A DNA stretch of 64,000 nucleotides from Nitrosopumilus sp. Lineage in GTDB: Archaea > Thermoproteota > Nitrososphaeria > Nitrososphaerales > Nitrosopumilaceae. The notes under the pieces were generated by a model, which made no database searches, was not told the DNA's origin, and was given only the letters and a program-made list of their open reading frames with translations. A program made the translations under genes and the position numbers. The stretch covers positions 608,001-672,000 of the forward strand of contig OZ244732.1 of the NCBI GenBank assembly GCA_965219345.1, given 5' to 3'. Of the stretch, positions 19,757 to 29,927 are shown piece after piece. Each line of letters opens with the position of its first letter. Position 1 is the stretch's first letter.

Positions 19757-20551
19757 TTGACTGGTAAACTCTACATTGTAGGTGTTGGTCCTGGTAACCA
19801 TGACCACATGACATTTCGAGCAAAAGAAGTAATTGTTGAAAGTGATACAATTGTTGGATATGAAACTTATGTGAATTTAGTTCAAGATCTAATTGAAGGT
19901 AAAACAGTTTATCGTTATGCAATGACACAAGAAGTTGAAAGAGCTCATCAATGCATTGATCTTGCAAAATCAGGTAAAATTGTTTCACTTGTATCAAGTG
20001 GAGATCCTGGAATTTATGGAATGGCTGGACTAATTTATGAAACACTAGCTGAAACTGGTTGGAATCCTAAAGATGGCCTTCAAGTTGAGATCGTTCCAGG
20101 TGTATCAGCACTTAATTCTTGTGCATCAATAGTTGGTTCACCATTAATGACTGATTTTGCAGTTGTTAGTATGAGTGACTTGTTAGTTCCATGGGAAATT
20201 ATTCAAAAAAGAGTTGAAGCTGCGGCACAAGGTGATTTTGTAATTGTTATTTACAATCCTGCTAGCAAGAAAAGAATTCATCAATTACAAGACACTAGAA
20301 AAATTCTTCTAAAATATAGAAAGTCTACAACCCCTGTTGCAATTATCAAAGGAGCATTTAGAAAATCTGAAACGATTGTTATGACTGATTTGGAAAATTT
20401 ACCTAATCATTCAGACAAGTTAGGCATGATTAGTACTGTAATTATCGGAAATTCGTCCACATATACTTACAAAGATTTGATGATAAATCCAAGAGGATAC
20501 AAATCAAAATATAATTTAGAAGAACAGAGTAATCCAGATCTTAAAGTCTAA
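19757..20551 (+). CDS. cbiH: Cobalt-precorrin-3B C17-methyltransferase
   Basis: LYIVGVGPG, SSGDPGIYGMAG, PGVSA, YNPAS, NPRGY. Confidence 0.95.
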   Translation: MTGKLYIVGVGPGNHDHMTFRAKEVIVESDTIVGYETYVNLVQDLIEGKTVYRYAMTQEVERAHQCIDLAKSGKIVSLVSSGDPGIYGMAGLIYETLAETGWNPKDGLQVEIVPGVSALNSCASIVGSPLMTDFAVVSMSDLLVPWEIIQKRVEAAAQGDFVIVIYNPASKKRIHQLQDTRKILLKYRKSTTPVAIIKGAFRKSETIVMTDLENLPNHSDKLGMISTVIIGNSSTYTYKDLMINPRGYKSKYNLEEQSNPDLKV

Positions 20552-21594
20552 TAGTTTTTCTCTATTATATCGTGCAGTTCTTCACTAATATTTAGCTTTT
20601 CTCTAATTGGGGAAATTATTTTTATCAAATAATTTCCGACAGTTTGTTTTAAATCATCTGGGTGTAATTTCTTTTCAGCAAAGTCTGTTTCCAATTGATT
20701 ATAATCTGTATATGATATATTGCCACCAAATTTTTCAGGTCTTTCAATATTCATTTCATTAAATTCATGAAAGATCACTGTTCTTGCAATCTCTAATAAT
20801 GGATTGTTCTGAGTATTTGCTTCTTCACACCATGCTTTGCTAATCTTTTTCTTTATTTTATCATCTGAATTATGAATAAAGACACCTGAATTTGGATCTG
20901 ACTTGCTCATCTTTCCTAATATCTGAGAATTACTAATGTCTTCAGGTTTTGAAAGTCCTGGTAATAGTTTATGATGAACCGCAACCGGAACTTTCCATTT
21001 CATTTTGGGGAAAATCTCTCTTACTAACATGTGGATCTTTCTCTGATCCATTCCTGCATGAGCAATATCTACATCCAAATAATGAATATCAACTGCTTGC
21101 ATTGGTGGATAGAGTAATTTTGCTAGTTCAATTTTCTCTTCATTTTCAGAACGTCCCATTATTGTTAAAGTTCTCATTGTTCTAGCAAGTGACATATGTT
21201 TTGTAAATTTAACAAGTTCAGTCCAATATTCTGTATTTTCTTCGTACAATTTTGAGCCTAAAACTATTTTTGCATCAGGACAAACTAGCTTGAAAGCATT
21301 TTGATAATATTTTGAAACTTTTGAAATTGTTTCCCAGTCTCCACTTAGTTTATCATTAATTAGAGTATGCCAATCTGCAAGAAAAACTGTGCATTTAACA
21401 CCTGCCTTAACAAAATCATTAATTTTGAAACCCGTGCTGATTAAACTGCCAAGATGTAAGAAGCCAGAAATTTCTAAACCTATGTAATGTTTTGGTGAAG
21501 AATTTGTCTTGAATAACTGAATTAACTCATCATGTGTTACTATTTCTTCAGTTGGTGGTCTTTCAATCAAACCTACTTTTTCTAAAATATCCAA
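20548..21594 (-). CDS. tyrS: Tyrosine--tRNA ligase
   Basis: HLGS, YPPMQAVD, GMDQRK, KMSKS. Confidence 0.96.
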   Translation of the reverse strand: MDILEKVGLIERPPTEEIVTHDELIQLFKTNSSPKHYIGLEISGFLHLGSLISTGFKINDFVKAGVKCTVFLADWHTLINDKLSGDWETISKVSKYYQNAFKLVCPDAKIVLGSKLYEENTEYWTELVKFTKHMSLARTMRTLTIMGRSENEEKIELAKLLYPPMQAVDIHYLDVDIAHAGMDQRKIHMLVREIFPKMKWKVPVAVHHKLLPGLSKPEDISNSQILGKMSKSDPNSGVFIHNSDDKIKKKISKAWCEEANTQNNPLLEIARTVIFHEFNEMNIERPEKFGGNISYTDYNQLETDFAEKKLHPDDLKQTVGNYLIKIISPIREKLNISEELHDIIEKNY

Positions 21595-21651
21595 ATCAAA
21601 ACAACTTTTGAGATCTAAACGTATAAAGTTATTCTAAACAATTCTAAATTT

Positions 21652-21840
21652 TTACTTACACTTTTTCTTATGTTTTCTTAAATCATCTTCGGTATTAAAT
21701 TCAGTCCCACAAACTCGACATTTCTCTTTTTTCTTGTTATGTGCTTTTTCCTGGTGTCTCTCTAATCTTTCAGGATCTGATAGAACTGTCCCACATTTTT
21801 TACATTTTAATTCGTTTTTGCCAGATCCAAATAATCCCAT
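21652..21840 (-). CDS. Small C2H2-type double zinc-finger protein
   Basis: CKKC...HQEKAH; CRVC...HKKKC. Confidence 0.85.
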   Translation of the reverse strand: MGLFGSGKNELKCKKCGTVLSDPERLERHQEKAHNKKKEKCRVCGTEFNTEDDLRKHKKKCK

Positions 21841-21909
21841 GCTAAAAGTAATTCTACATACTAGAAAAAATAGTTTTTACGTAATATTAATACAAAATAT
21901 CTGATCGAG

Positions 21910-22518
21910 CTATATTTTTGACTCATCTAAGCTTTTTCTAGGTTTGATGCTTAGATAAAATGCATGAGTACTAATGATAAAACCTGCAAGAAATACTTTG
22001 GTTGCAAAAACTAAATTCCATGGCCTGTCTGGATCTGGATAAGCAACTGATAATCTATCAATATCTGGAACTATTCCATCAATAATCCCTGCAGTAATCT
22101 GTGCGTTTAACACTGTAAAATTGTATAATACTTCATAGAGTGTAATAATTGAAAATCCTAGTAACATTAACTGAAGTAATGCCATTTTTGTACCAACAAT
22201 TTTGTTTCCAGCAGTTCTTCTCCAACCAATTCTAGTAACACAATACCATCCAATTATAGTAGAAAAAAATATCCAAGTTGTTACTCTTGCAAAATTTTCA
22301 AAAGGAATAGTTGTATTATGAATTGCTTCTCCCATTACATAAGTGCCATTTTCTATCCACTCAACCATTGTTACATACACACCAAAAACTAACGATGATA
22401 CCATGATGAATCCACAAACATAGAAAATGTACAGATAAACCTTGTAACCTGTATCAGTTTTTTCAAGATGACGTGGTTTCATAATGCGTTTGCCTGATTT
22501 TGAAATATAAAAATTCAT
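21910..22518 (-). CDS. Multi-pass membrane hypothetical protein (likely start 22482)
   Basis: Four hydrophobic segments. Confidence 0.75.
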   Translation of the reverse strand: MNFYISKSGKRIMKPRHLEKTDTGYKVYLYIFYVCGFIMVSSLVFGVYVTMVEWIENGTYVMGEAIHNTTIPFENFARVTTWIFFSTIIGWYCVTRIGWRRTAGNKIVGTKMALLQLMLLGFSIITLYEVLYNFTVLNAQITAGIIDGIVPDIDRLSVAYPDPDRPWNLVFATKVFLAGFIISTHAFYLSIKPRKSLDESKI

Positions 22519-22563
22519 GCATGCTCGACGAGATTTATAGACTAGTTATTAACAGAATTACTA

Positions 22564-23646
22564 TTGAAAATTGCAATTAACATTCCCATAATAGGCAAGA
22601 AAGAGATCTCTGTAGTTACTTCTTTACTTAGAAACGGTGCTTTAACCTCATCTGCTAATCAGGGTGGCAAACATGTCCAAGCATTTGAAAAATCTGTAAC
22701 CTCCTTTGTAAAATCAAAATATGCCATTGCTGTCAATTCTGGCACTGCTGCCTTACAGGCTGCACTTTATGCACTAGATATCAAAAAAGGCGATGAAGTT
22801 CTAGTCCCATCATTTACTTTTGTTGCAACAGCAAATGCCATTGTTTCAACAGGGGCGAAACCCATTTTTGTTGATATTCTAAAAGAAAACTACACTATAG
22901 ATCCAGATGATCTACAAAAAAAGATTACAAAAAAAACCCGTGCCATTATTCCTGTCCATCTTTATGGAAATGTAGCTAATATAGAAAGACTCTCTGAAAT
23001 TGTTAAAAAATATAACCTTCCTATTATTGAAGATTCTGCACAGTCTTTAGGTTCTACTTACAAAGGAAAACATACTGGTACTTTCTTTGAAATGGGATGT
23101 TATAGTATGTATCCTGCAAAGGTAATGACTTCTGGAGAAGGCGGTTTTATTGTAACCAACAACAAAAAACTCAGAGACAAATTATTGATGATTAGAAATC
23201 ATGGAATGATTAATGGATATGATACTAGAATATTTGGCTTAAACTTACGATTACCTGAAATCAATGCTGCACTTGCAACTATTCAAATAAAAAAGCTTCC
23301 AAGCTTTCTAAAGTCTAGAAAAAAGAATGCAGAACTTTTATCAAGACTGATCTCTGATCTTAAAATTAAACTTCCTCACCAACGAAAAAATGAAATTGTT
23401 AATTGGTATCTTTATACTATTGCAACTGAAAATCGTGATAAACTTTTGAAGAAACTAAACAAAAAAGGAATTGGTGCTGTATCGTACTATCCTACACCAG
23501 TTCACAAAACTCCATTTTACAAACTAAAAACAAAACTTCCTGTTACTGTCTGGGCTGCTTCACATGTTGTTTCTTTACCAATTCATCCAAAAGTAACCCA
23601 AAAAAATATTGAATTCATTGCTAAAACTATACGTGATGTACTGTGA
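22564..23646 (+). CDS. DegT/DnrJ/EryC1/StrS aminotransferase
   Basis: NSGTAAL, FTFVAT, IEDSAQ, SMYPAKVMTSGEGG, SLPIHP. Confidence 0.95.
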   Translation: MKIAINIPIIGKKEISVVTSLLRNGALTSSANQGGKHVQAFEKSVTSFVKSKYAIAVNSGTAALQAALYALDIKKGDEVLVPSFTFVATANAIVSTGAKPIFVDILKENYTIDPDDLQKKITKKTRAIIPVHLYGNVANIERLSEIVKKYNLPIIEDSAQSLGSTYKGKHTGTFFEMGCYSMYPAKVMTSGEGGFIVTNNKKLRDKLLMIRNHGMINGYDTRIFGLNLRLPEINAALATIQIKKLPSFLKSRKKNAELLSRLISDLKIKLPHQRKNEIVNWYLYTIATENRDKLLKKLNKKGIGAVSYYPTPVHKTPFYKLKTKLPVTVWAASHVVSLPIHPKVTQKNIEFIAKTIRDVL

Positions 23647-23698
23647 ATGCTTTAGGCAAAACAATTGGAGAACTATGTAAGATTATTTTACCCATACG

Positions 23699-23923
23699 AT
23701 GCTTACAGAAGAACAGGTTGATGGGCAGAATAAAATAAAAAACCTGTTGCGGGAAGGCGAGAAGCCACAAAGCAAATATCATATTGACATGCCACTTGAA
23801 CTCAGAGAGACGAAAGATGGCGAAGTAGAGTCACTTCCAGAAACTTCCAAGATGGGTGATACAATAATGATAAGGTTTCACTTTGCAAGAATCAGGGATC
23901 AGTCAGTGGGTTATTTACGATAG
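23699..23923 (+). pseudogene. Short hypothetical ORF or gene remnant in an eroded patch
   Basis: 74-aa ORF, more GC-rich than flanks, no recognisable motif. Confidence 0.35.
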
Positions 23924-24222
23924 ATGACGGCGACATTGAATTAGGAACCTATTATCCACGTGCAGAGCATGAGTTGATTTCTAATGCAAGCAATACAGAA
24001 GAGACGGTTTCTGGCTATTAGTTGGATAGGTCGTTTGAAATAGTTCTTCCACAATAACCCGCCCTCCTTTTTTTCTAAAATTTTTCTAAGTAACATAATT
24101 CTAAACGTAATCCTGGATGTACTGTTTCTGTTCTGCTGGATTGGTGCTAGTCCAGTTGAATGACCTTGCAGAAGCTGAAGCCTGTTTCTCCTCTTTCTTG
24201 TCTTCAGCTTGGGACTGCATAC

Positions 24223-24236
24223 GGGGGGGGGGGGGG
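24223..24236 (+). repeat. G14 homopolymer
   Basis: 14 consecutive G residues. Confidence 0.95.
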
Positions 24237-24350
24237 TCATGGAGTGGAGTTATCGCATGGCGTTCCAACATGCCAGCAATTTAAAAAAAATGTGCCAATT
24301 GTGACAGATATTTTGAATCTTCATTTGACTGTGATGTCTCCCTGTGTGAT

Positions 24351-24382
24351 AACTGCCCAAAGATAACAACTGCCCACAGATA
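24351..24382 (+). repeat. 15-bp tandem repeat (17-bp period, 1 mismatch)
   Basis: AACTGCCCAAAGATA / AACTGCCCACAGATA. Confidence 0.8.
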
Positions 24383-24579
24383 TAAAATGCAATACAACAA
24401 AAACGTCATTCAAAAAAACAGATCTTCGGCAGATAAATTCACAAAACCTTAAAAATAGTTTCAGATCCATATCTTGCTGTTTCTAAATCAGAGATACAAT
24501 ATTTTCAAAACAACATAACTCTTGTTAATTTAATCAATGAAACTAATTTTGAAATAATTTCAGATAAAATTAGAATTTC

Positions 24580-24936
24580 CTAGTATCCATTTCTCTGTCT
24601 TTCTCGATTAATTTCGTTTTTCTTTTTGTACTCATCTACGATATCATCAGGCGTTAGATTTAGCTCAAGTGATGCCTGAACAACAAAATGCCATATGTCA
24701 ATTAATTCTTCTCTTGCTTCATCTTGATTAAATTCAGTTGGTGTTTTCCACCATTTCCAATTTGTTGTCCTTTGTAGCTCTACTGCTTCATGCATAATTG
24801 CAGTACACAAAGCAGAAACTCTTCCTTCAGAATCTTTTGGATATCTGTCTAGATTCATCATATCTGATAGACCTTCTTGAAGTTTGAAAATTGTATATAG
24901 TCTATCTTTTTCTTTTTCAGACATTTCTTGTGACAA
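24580..24936 (-). CDS. All-alpha (dimeric) dUTPase / MazG-like pyrophosphatase
   Basis: EAVEL...WKWWK...EELIDIWHF...KKNEINRERQRNGY. Confidence 0.9.
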   Translation of the reverse strand: MSQEMSEKEKDRLYTIFKLQEGLSDMMNLDRYPKDSEGRVSALCTAIMHEAVELQRTTNWKWWKTPTEFNQDEAREELIDIWHFVVQASLELNLTPDDIVDEYKKKNEINRERQRNGY

Positions 24937-24975
24937 TGATAAATAAATTTGAGAAATAACTGAACTTAAGTCTTT

Positions 24976-25869
24976 TTAGAATTGGATCATTTTTTCATAC
25001 ATCTTAAATCGTTTTGCAATATCACCTTTTTTGATCTTTAGTAATCCGTCTAATCCGTATCTCTCAACTGCAAAAGATCCTAAGACATTTCCATAAATAA
25101 CCGCTTTTTTAATCTCAGATATGCTGATTGATTTTTTGCTTGCAAGATATCCTATCATCGCCCCTGCAAAAGAGTCTCCTGCGCCTGTGGGGTCTACAAC
25201 ATCTTCTAATGAAAAACCTACTGTTGGGAAAATTACATCATCATAAAACATCAAGGAACCATGTTCGCCTTTCTTAATGATTACATATTTTGCGCCCCAA
25301 CGCATCATTTTTTTTGCACATTTTATCAAGTTGAATTCTTTTGTAAGGAGTTTAGCTTCGTCATCATTTATTACAACTGCATCAACAGCTTTTATCATCT
25401 TAATCACTGCCTCTCGTTTGGTAGAAATCCAAAAATCTATAGTATCACACATAGAAAATTTTACCCTATCAAATTCCTTGATTAGTGAAACATTCTGTTC
25501 AGGATCATTGTTTGCAAGATATACAAACTCAGATTTTCTATAAGCTTCAGGTACAGTTGGTTTAAAATCTGCAAGTACATTTAATTCAGTTTTTAAAGTA
25601 GATCTAGTACTTAGCGTATTATCATAACTTCCATCGTAACGAAATGTTTTGCCCTCTTTGATAGTCAATCCTTGTAAATCAAGATATTTAGATAAAACAT
25701 TACGATACTGTTTTGGAAAATCTTTTCCAACTACTGCAATTAATCCAGTATTTACAAAATTGCTTGCAGAAATTGCTGCAAAAGTTGCTGCTCCTCCTAG
25801 AACATTTTTTAATATTTTTTTTGGTGTTCTAATTGTATCTAATGCAGTAGAACCAAAAACGGTAAGCAT
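24976..25869 (-). CDS. PfkB family carbohydrate/nucleoside kinase
   Basis: LGGAA, NDDEA, DPTGAGDSF. Confidence 0.95.
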   Translation of the reverse strand: MLTVFGSTALDTIRTPKKILKNVLGGAATFAAISASNFVNTGLIAVVGKDFPKQYRNVLSKYLDLQGLTIKEGKTFRYDGSYDNTLSTRSTLKTELNVLADFKPTVPEAYRKSEFVYLANNDPEQNVSLIKEFDRVKFSMCDTIDFWISTKREAVIKMIKAVDAVVINDDEAKLLTKEFNLIKCAKKMMRWGAKYVIIKKGEHGSLMFYDDVIFPTVGFSLEDVVDPTGAGDSFAGAMIGYLASKKSISISEIKKAVIYGNVLGSFAVERYGLDGLLKIKKGDIAKRFKMYEKMIQF

Positions 25870-25880
25870 TTAAGAAGAAA

Positions 25881-26348
25881 TTAATTTTGATGTATAAATT
25901 CTCTTGCTTGGTCTTCCGTTGGATAGAAAACAAATGGAACATCAATTGATGTAAGGAATAAATCATATTTTGTTACTCCAGAAATTTTTATAGATTGAGA
26001 TTTTTCATCAATGTTAGAATCTGTTTGAAAAGTACCTTTGACATAACTATTGCCTAATGGTTGTAATGTGAATGGTTCTAATTGACCTGTACCTACCATT
26101 TCATTATTAGCAATAATAAAGAATTCAGTGCTGCCTGCATCTAGTGTCAACAATGAAGGATTTTCAAACTGTAATTCAATATTATAGTTTGAACCTCTTT
26201 TGTTCTCATTCAATAATTCACTCTGAGTAATGCTTACTCCTATCTGTGATGCAGATGCATACTGTGAATATCCAAAAATACTTATGCCTAGTACGAAGAG
26301 AACGATCAGACCCACTTTTTTGGATGATTTCATGGTTAAATCTTTCAA
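25881..26348 (-). CDS. Membrane-anchored LEA2/Ig-like hypothetical protein
   Basis: N-terminal TM helix, LQFENPS motif. Confidence 0.7.
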   Translation of the reverse strand: MKDLTMKSSKKVGLIVLFVLGISIFGYSQYASASQIGVSITQSELLNENKRGSNYNIELQFENPSLLTLDAGSTEFFIIANNEMVGTGQLEPFTLQPLGNSYVKGTFQTDSNIDEKSQSIKISGVTKYDLFLTSIDVPFVFYPTEDQAREFIHQN

Positions 26349-26464
26349 AATAACATTTTAACTCAAAAGGAAAAAAATCCCAATTAATTGTGTAAAAGTT
26401 TTGATCTAATCTTAAAGCTCCTTAGAGCTAGCAAAATAAATTAAAACTCGATGATTATTGCTTA

Positions 26465-26950
26465 GTGGCCCGAATTAAACTCAAAATTGGAGAAAATGAG
26501 ATCGAGGTTGACTCTAGAGATTTCTACGTAGATAATCAAACGATAGGTGAAATCATAGATAATATTTCACAACATTTACCAGAAAATCATGCAAAAATTG
26601 TGCATGGAACTGAATCTATCCGAAAATCAACTCAAACTGACCATCTAACTCAATCTGGCTTAGAATACCTAGATGATGCTGAAGTATATGAACCAGAATT
26701 TAGTGAACCAAAATGCATCACTCCTCATGAAATTAAATCAAAATTACGAATTTTAGAAACAAGCAGATTCTTTGATTCTCCAAGAACAGTCACTGAAACT
26801 GTTCAACAACTCAGGGAATATGGTTGGGTTACAGGCTTGTTAGATGTATCAAAAGCTTTAGCAAAAATGGCATCACAGAAAGAACTTATGAAAAACTCCC
26901 ATGATGATCGAGCTCATTATTTTGTTCGAGAATCATTAATATCTAACTAG
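26465..26950 (+). CDS. Hypothetical protein with C-terminal wHTH-like region
   Basis: RIKLKIGENEIEV...FFDSPRTVTETVQQLREYGW. Confidence 0.75.
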   Translation: MARIKLKIGENEIEVDSRDFYVDNQTIGEIIDNISQHLPENHAKIVHGTESIRKSTQTDHLTQSGLEYLDDAEVYEPEFSEPKCITPHEIKSKLRILETSRFFDSPRTVTETVQQLREYGWVTGLLDVSKALAKMASQKELMKNSHDDRAHYFVRESLISN

Positions 26951-27134
26951 AAGAATAATTACACTTTTCACAAATAGAAAAAGTCTCTCCGGCTAAATGA
27001 TCAAAATGTGTATTACATTGGTTGCATGTATGATGCACATCAAAATATCCATCCTTCTCAACTTCTCCAACTTTATTTGATTTAAGATCTGTACTTTTAC
27101 ATTTTATACAATGACAACCACATTCAACTTTCAT
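26943..27134 (-). CDS. Small Cys/His-rich zinc-binding protein
   Basis: CGCHCIKC...HHTCNQC...CEKC. Confidence 0.75.
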   Translation of the reverse strand: MKVECGCHCIKCKSTDLKSNKVGEVEKDGYFDVHHTCNQCNTHFDHLAGETFSICEKCNYSSS

Positions 27135-27182
27135 GATTTTTCTCTGATAACGTATGTATAGTTGCAATACCTATACAAATCA

Positions 27183-27338
27183 TTGGAAAAGAAAAGGGAC
27201 ATTCCATTAGAAATTGATGATCATTTCAAGCTTTATGGAAAGGAACCATGGGAAGTAAACTATGGCGAAAAATGCCCAGTTTGTAATGTTAGAATTGATG
27301 AATACGGATTCTGTTCATGTGGTTCTAGCGGAGATTAA
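27183..27338 (+). CDS. 51-aa zinc-ribbon protein (not in ORF track)
   Basis: TTG start; MEKKRDIPLEIDDHFKLYGKEPWEVNYGEKCPVCNVRIDEYGFCSCGSSGD. Confidence 0.75.
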   Translation: MEKKRDIPLEIDDHFKLYGKEPWEVNYGEKCPVCNVRIDEYGFCSCGSSGD

Positions 27339-28218
27339 ATTTTTTTATTAGTGGTACAACAAGAATCATCAAAAACCCTGCCGCCAATGGAGCAATTATT
27401 GGAAATTCAGGAATTACTGTAGTTCCTATAATTGCAATTTCTCCTGAAGTTTCAGGTCTTATACTAAGCCAAACATGGGTTCCATTATTTATGAATTCAT
27501 GATATGATATTCTTTCTTCATCAAGAAGTATCGTATACGGTTTCCATAATAATTCTAATGGAATTATAGTAGTAACAAATTGATTATCATCACCTACTTT
27601 AAAACTAATTTTTTTATTAAGCCAATCAAAATCAAAATTTTCTATTTCTGCAAGAGTTTTAATCTCCACAAGAAATTCTCTATCTTCCCAATTGACTTGT
27701 TTAATATCACTTGGTACATTAATTGAATATTCTAAAGTAATCTCACAAAAATGACATGAAATTCCCTTTTTTTCACCCAAGAAAACAGGGCTTTGATTCA
27801 TATATATCAAATCCACTTCTTCAGGAAAAATAAATGTAGTTGTTTCTGTATATTTGAAATTCCATGTCCATAAGTTATCTTTTTGAGAAAGTACATGATC
27901 AAGGTCATATTCTATGATGGAATCTCTCTGGGATGGAAAAATCATTACTTCACTAACTCCAATTGCTATGAACTCTTTTTCTTCTCCTTGTTCATTTGTT
28001 ACTACAAGATTTGAAACAGTTCCATCAATTAATTCAACTTGGCTTGGCAATTTTGATGAAACAACAACATGTTTGACATGAACTTCACCATCTAAATTTA
28101 TAATAACTTCTACTGATTTCTGAACAGCTTTTTGACCAAGTGAAAGTTGGGCATCAGCCACAGGAATTACAAATATTATTGAAAGAATTACTAAAAATCC
28201 AAGAGACTTGATATTCAT
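27325..28218 (-). CDS. Secreted surface protein with PEF-CTERM-type sorting signal
   Basis: Signal peptide; C-terminal GTTVIPEFP + TM helix + basic tail. Confidence 0.85.
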   Translation of the reverse strand: MNIKSLGFLVILSIIFVIPVADAQLSLGQKAVQKSVEVIINLDGEVHVKHVVVSSKLPSQVELIDGTVSNLVVTNEQGEEKEFIAIGVSEVMIFPSQRDSIIEYDLDHVLSQKDNLWTWNFKYTETTTFIFPEEVDLIYMNQSPVFLGEKKGISCHFCEITLEYSINVPSDIKQVNWEDREFLVEIKTLAEIENFDFDWLNKKISFKVGDDNQFVTTIIPLELLWKPYTILLDEERISYHEFINNGTHVWLSIRPETSGEIAIIGTTVIPEFPIIAPLAAGFLMILVVPLIKKFNLR

Positions 28219-28695
28219 TTATTCCACACTTACACGAATCATCTGTGTTTTTTCTAGTGGACAATCGTTGCCGCCTCTTTCAAGATTTACAATTTTGTCT
28301 GCAACATCCATGCCTTCTGTCACTTCACCAAATACAGTGTATTGCCTATCTAGGAATGTACTATCGGCTGTTACTATGAAAAATTGTGAGCCTGCACTAT
28401 CTGGATCTTGTGATCTAGCCATGGAAACTATACCTCGCAAATGAGATCTTGAACTAAATTCGGCCTTGATATTATATCCAGGCCCTCCCATTCCCCATGA
28501 ACCCTTGTTATCGGTTTTTGTGTTTGGATCGCCTCCCTGAATCATAAATCCAGGAATCACTCTGTGGAATAGAGTTCCATCATAGAATCCATCTCTAGCT
28601 AATTTTTCAAAATTTCTGACTGTTTCTGGTGCTAACTCAGGTAAAAGTTTAAATGAAATCTTTCCAAAATTTGTTTCAATATTTGCTGTAGTCAT
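28219..28695 (-). CDS. Cyclophilin-type peptidyl-prolyl isomerase
   Basis: FHRVIPGFMIQGGDP, SMAR, SAGSQFFI, YTVFG. Confidence 0.97.
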   Translation of the reverse strand: MTTANIETNFGKISFKLLPELAPETVRNFEKLARDGFYDGTLFHRVIPGFMIQGGDPNTKTDNKGSWGMGGPGYNIKAEFSSRSHLRGIVSMARSQDPDSAGSQFFIVTADSTFLDRQYTVFGEVTEGMDVADKIVNLERGGNDCPLEKTQMIRVSVE

Positions 28696-28931
28696 AAAAT
28701 TTGTTCCACTATCTTATCATATGAGTCTTTTGTGAAAATCTCTTTGAAAATTTTTATAGATATTTTAAGTATGTTGAAAAATTCATATCAATCAATACGT
28801 TTCTCGTTGACAAATTTAATCATTGGAGACTTGATTTTTTTATTAAGTAAAAAAATGAATTTTTTAAATATAGTATTTTAGAAATTCAGCAAGTTATAGT
28901 CTTATATAGAACAAACAAAATTTAGTATTCG

Positions 28932-29159
28932 TTGAATCGTACAAATCAAAGCACGATAATTAAAGAAGCAATTAATTCTTATCTTGACAAAGGAGTGACC
29001 AACAAACAGGATATCTATACCAAAGTTGTTGATGAACTTGGGGTTCCAAGACCAACAGTAAGAAGAGTTTCAAGAGATCTGAGAACCGAATTATTACAAA
29101 AGATCCAAATCTTACAATCTGATATGCCTAAATCAACTATTTCTGAGAAAGACGATTAA
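28932..29159 (+). CDS. Small HTH-like hypothetical protein
   Basis: IYTKVVDELGVPRPTVRRV. Confidence 0.75.
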   Translation: MNRTNQSTIIKEAINSYLDKGVTNKQDIYTKVVDELGVPRPTVRRVSRDLRTELLQKIQILQSDMPKSTISEKDD

Positions 29160-29243
29160 ACTCGACTCTTTTTTCTTTTTAATTATATTATTTTCATGAT
29201 TTTCAGCATCACTCTTATAAACAATAATTTTTTCAAATAAATA

Positions 29244-29723
29244 ATGGGTTATTTAGGGAATCACTTAGCAACAGTAACCACCGGAGTTTTTGCGGCAGTA
29301 CTAACAGGACTTTGGCCATACTTTATGGACTTTGCACCAGTATTGGATTTTATTTTCATCATGGCAGTTTCTATTACATGGTTTCTCACATTTGCGTGTT
29401 GGATGTCACAGAAAAGTACAGATTACGTGCATAAACAGGCACCAGAACACACCAAGCAAAAAAAAAGCTTGGGTAACACACAAACTATTGTTACTACAAC
29501 TACAGGCAGGCAAGCCAGTATTTCCAACATAAAACAAGTACAAAATGAATTATCTTCTGAACTTAATGATCTGAAAGAATCTATGAAACTAAAAGATAGT
29601 GAAATTGAAAGATTAAATCAGGAAATTTCTAACCTACAAACCCTTGTTCAGATTGAATCATTAAAAACTGAATTAGCCACCCTGAAAATGTTAGCTTCTA
29701 AAAGAAAAATTAAAAATAAATAG
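29244..29723 (+). CDS. Two-TM protein with C-terminal coiled coil
   Basis: Hydrophobic N-terminus, heptad-rich C-terminus. Confidence 0.75.
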   Translation: MGYLGNHLATVTTGVFAAVLTGLWPYFMDFAPVLDFIFIMAVSITWFLTFACWMSQKSTDYVHKQAPEHTKQKKSLGNTQTIVTTTTGRQASISNIKQVQNELSSELNDLKESMKLKDSEIERLNQEISNLQTLVQIESLKTELATLKMLASKRKIKNK

Positions 29724-29725
29724 TT

Positions 29726-29845
29726 CTAATCTTTACAATGGCAACATTCTATGCCATGATTATTTTTACAACTAGGGCAACTTACTGCACCACCATAATG
29801 GCATTTACATGAACACAATTCAGTTGGATCTTTTTTCAAACTCAA
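29726..29845 (-). CDS. 39-aa Cys/His-rich metallothionein-like peptide (not in ORF track)
   Basis: TTG start; MSLKKDPTELCSCKCHYGGAVSCPSCKNNHGIECCHCKD, 8 Cys and 3 His. Confidence 0.65.
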   Translation of the reverse strand: MSLKKDPTELCSCKCHYGGAVSCPSCKNNHGIECCHCKD

Positions 29846-29927
29846 TAGTATAATTTCTATGTCATGTTAATATTTTACCTTTCAAGTCAGAACATAAATG
29901 AATTAGAACAAATTTTTTTTTCCAAAT

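Noticed and set aside
23941-24366. ORFs 23941-24240 (-) and 24160-24366 (+) as real genes
   Set aside because: They depend on the G14 run, overlap each other and show no recognisable motifs
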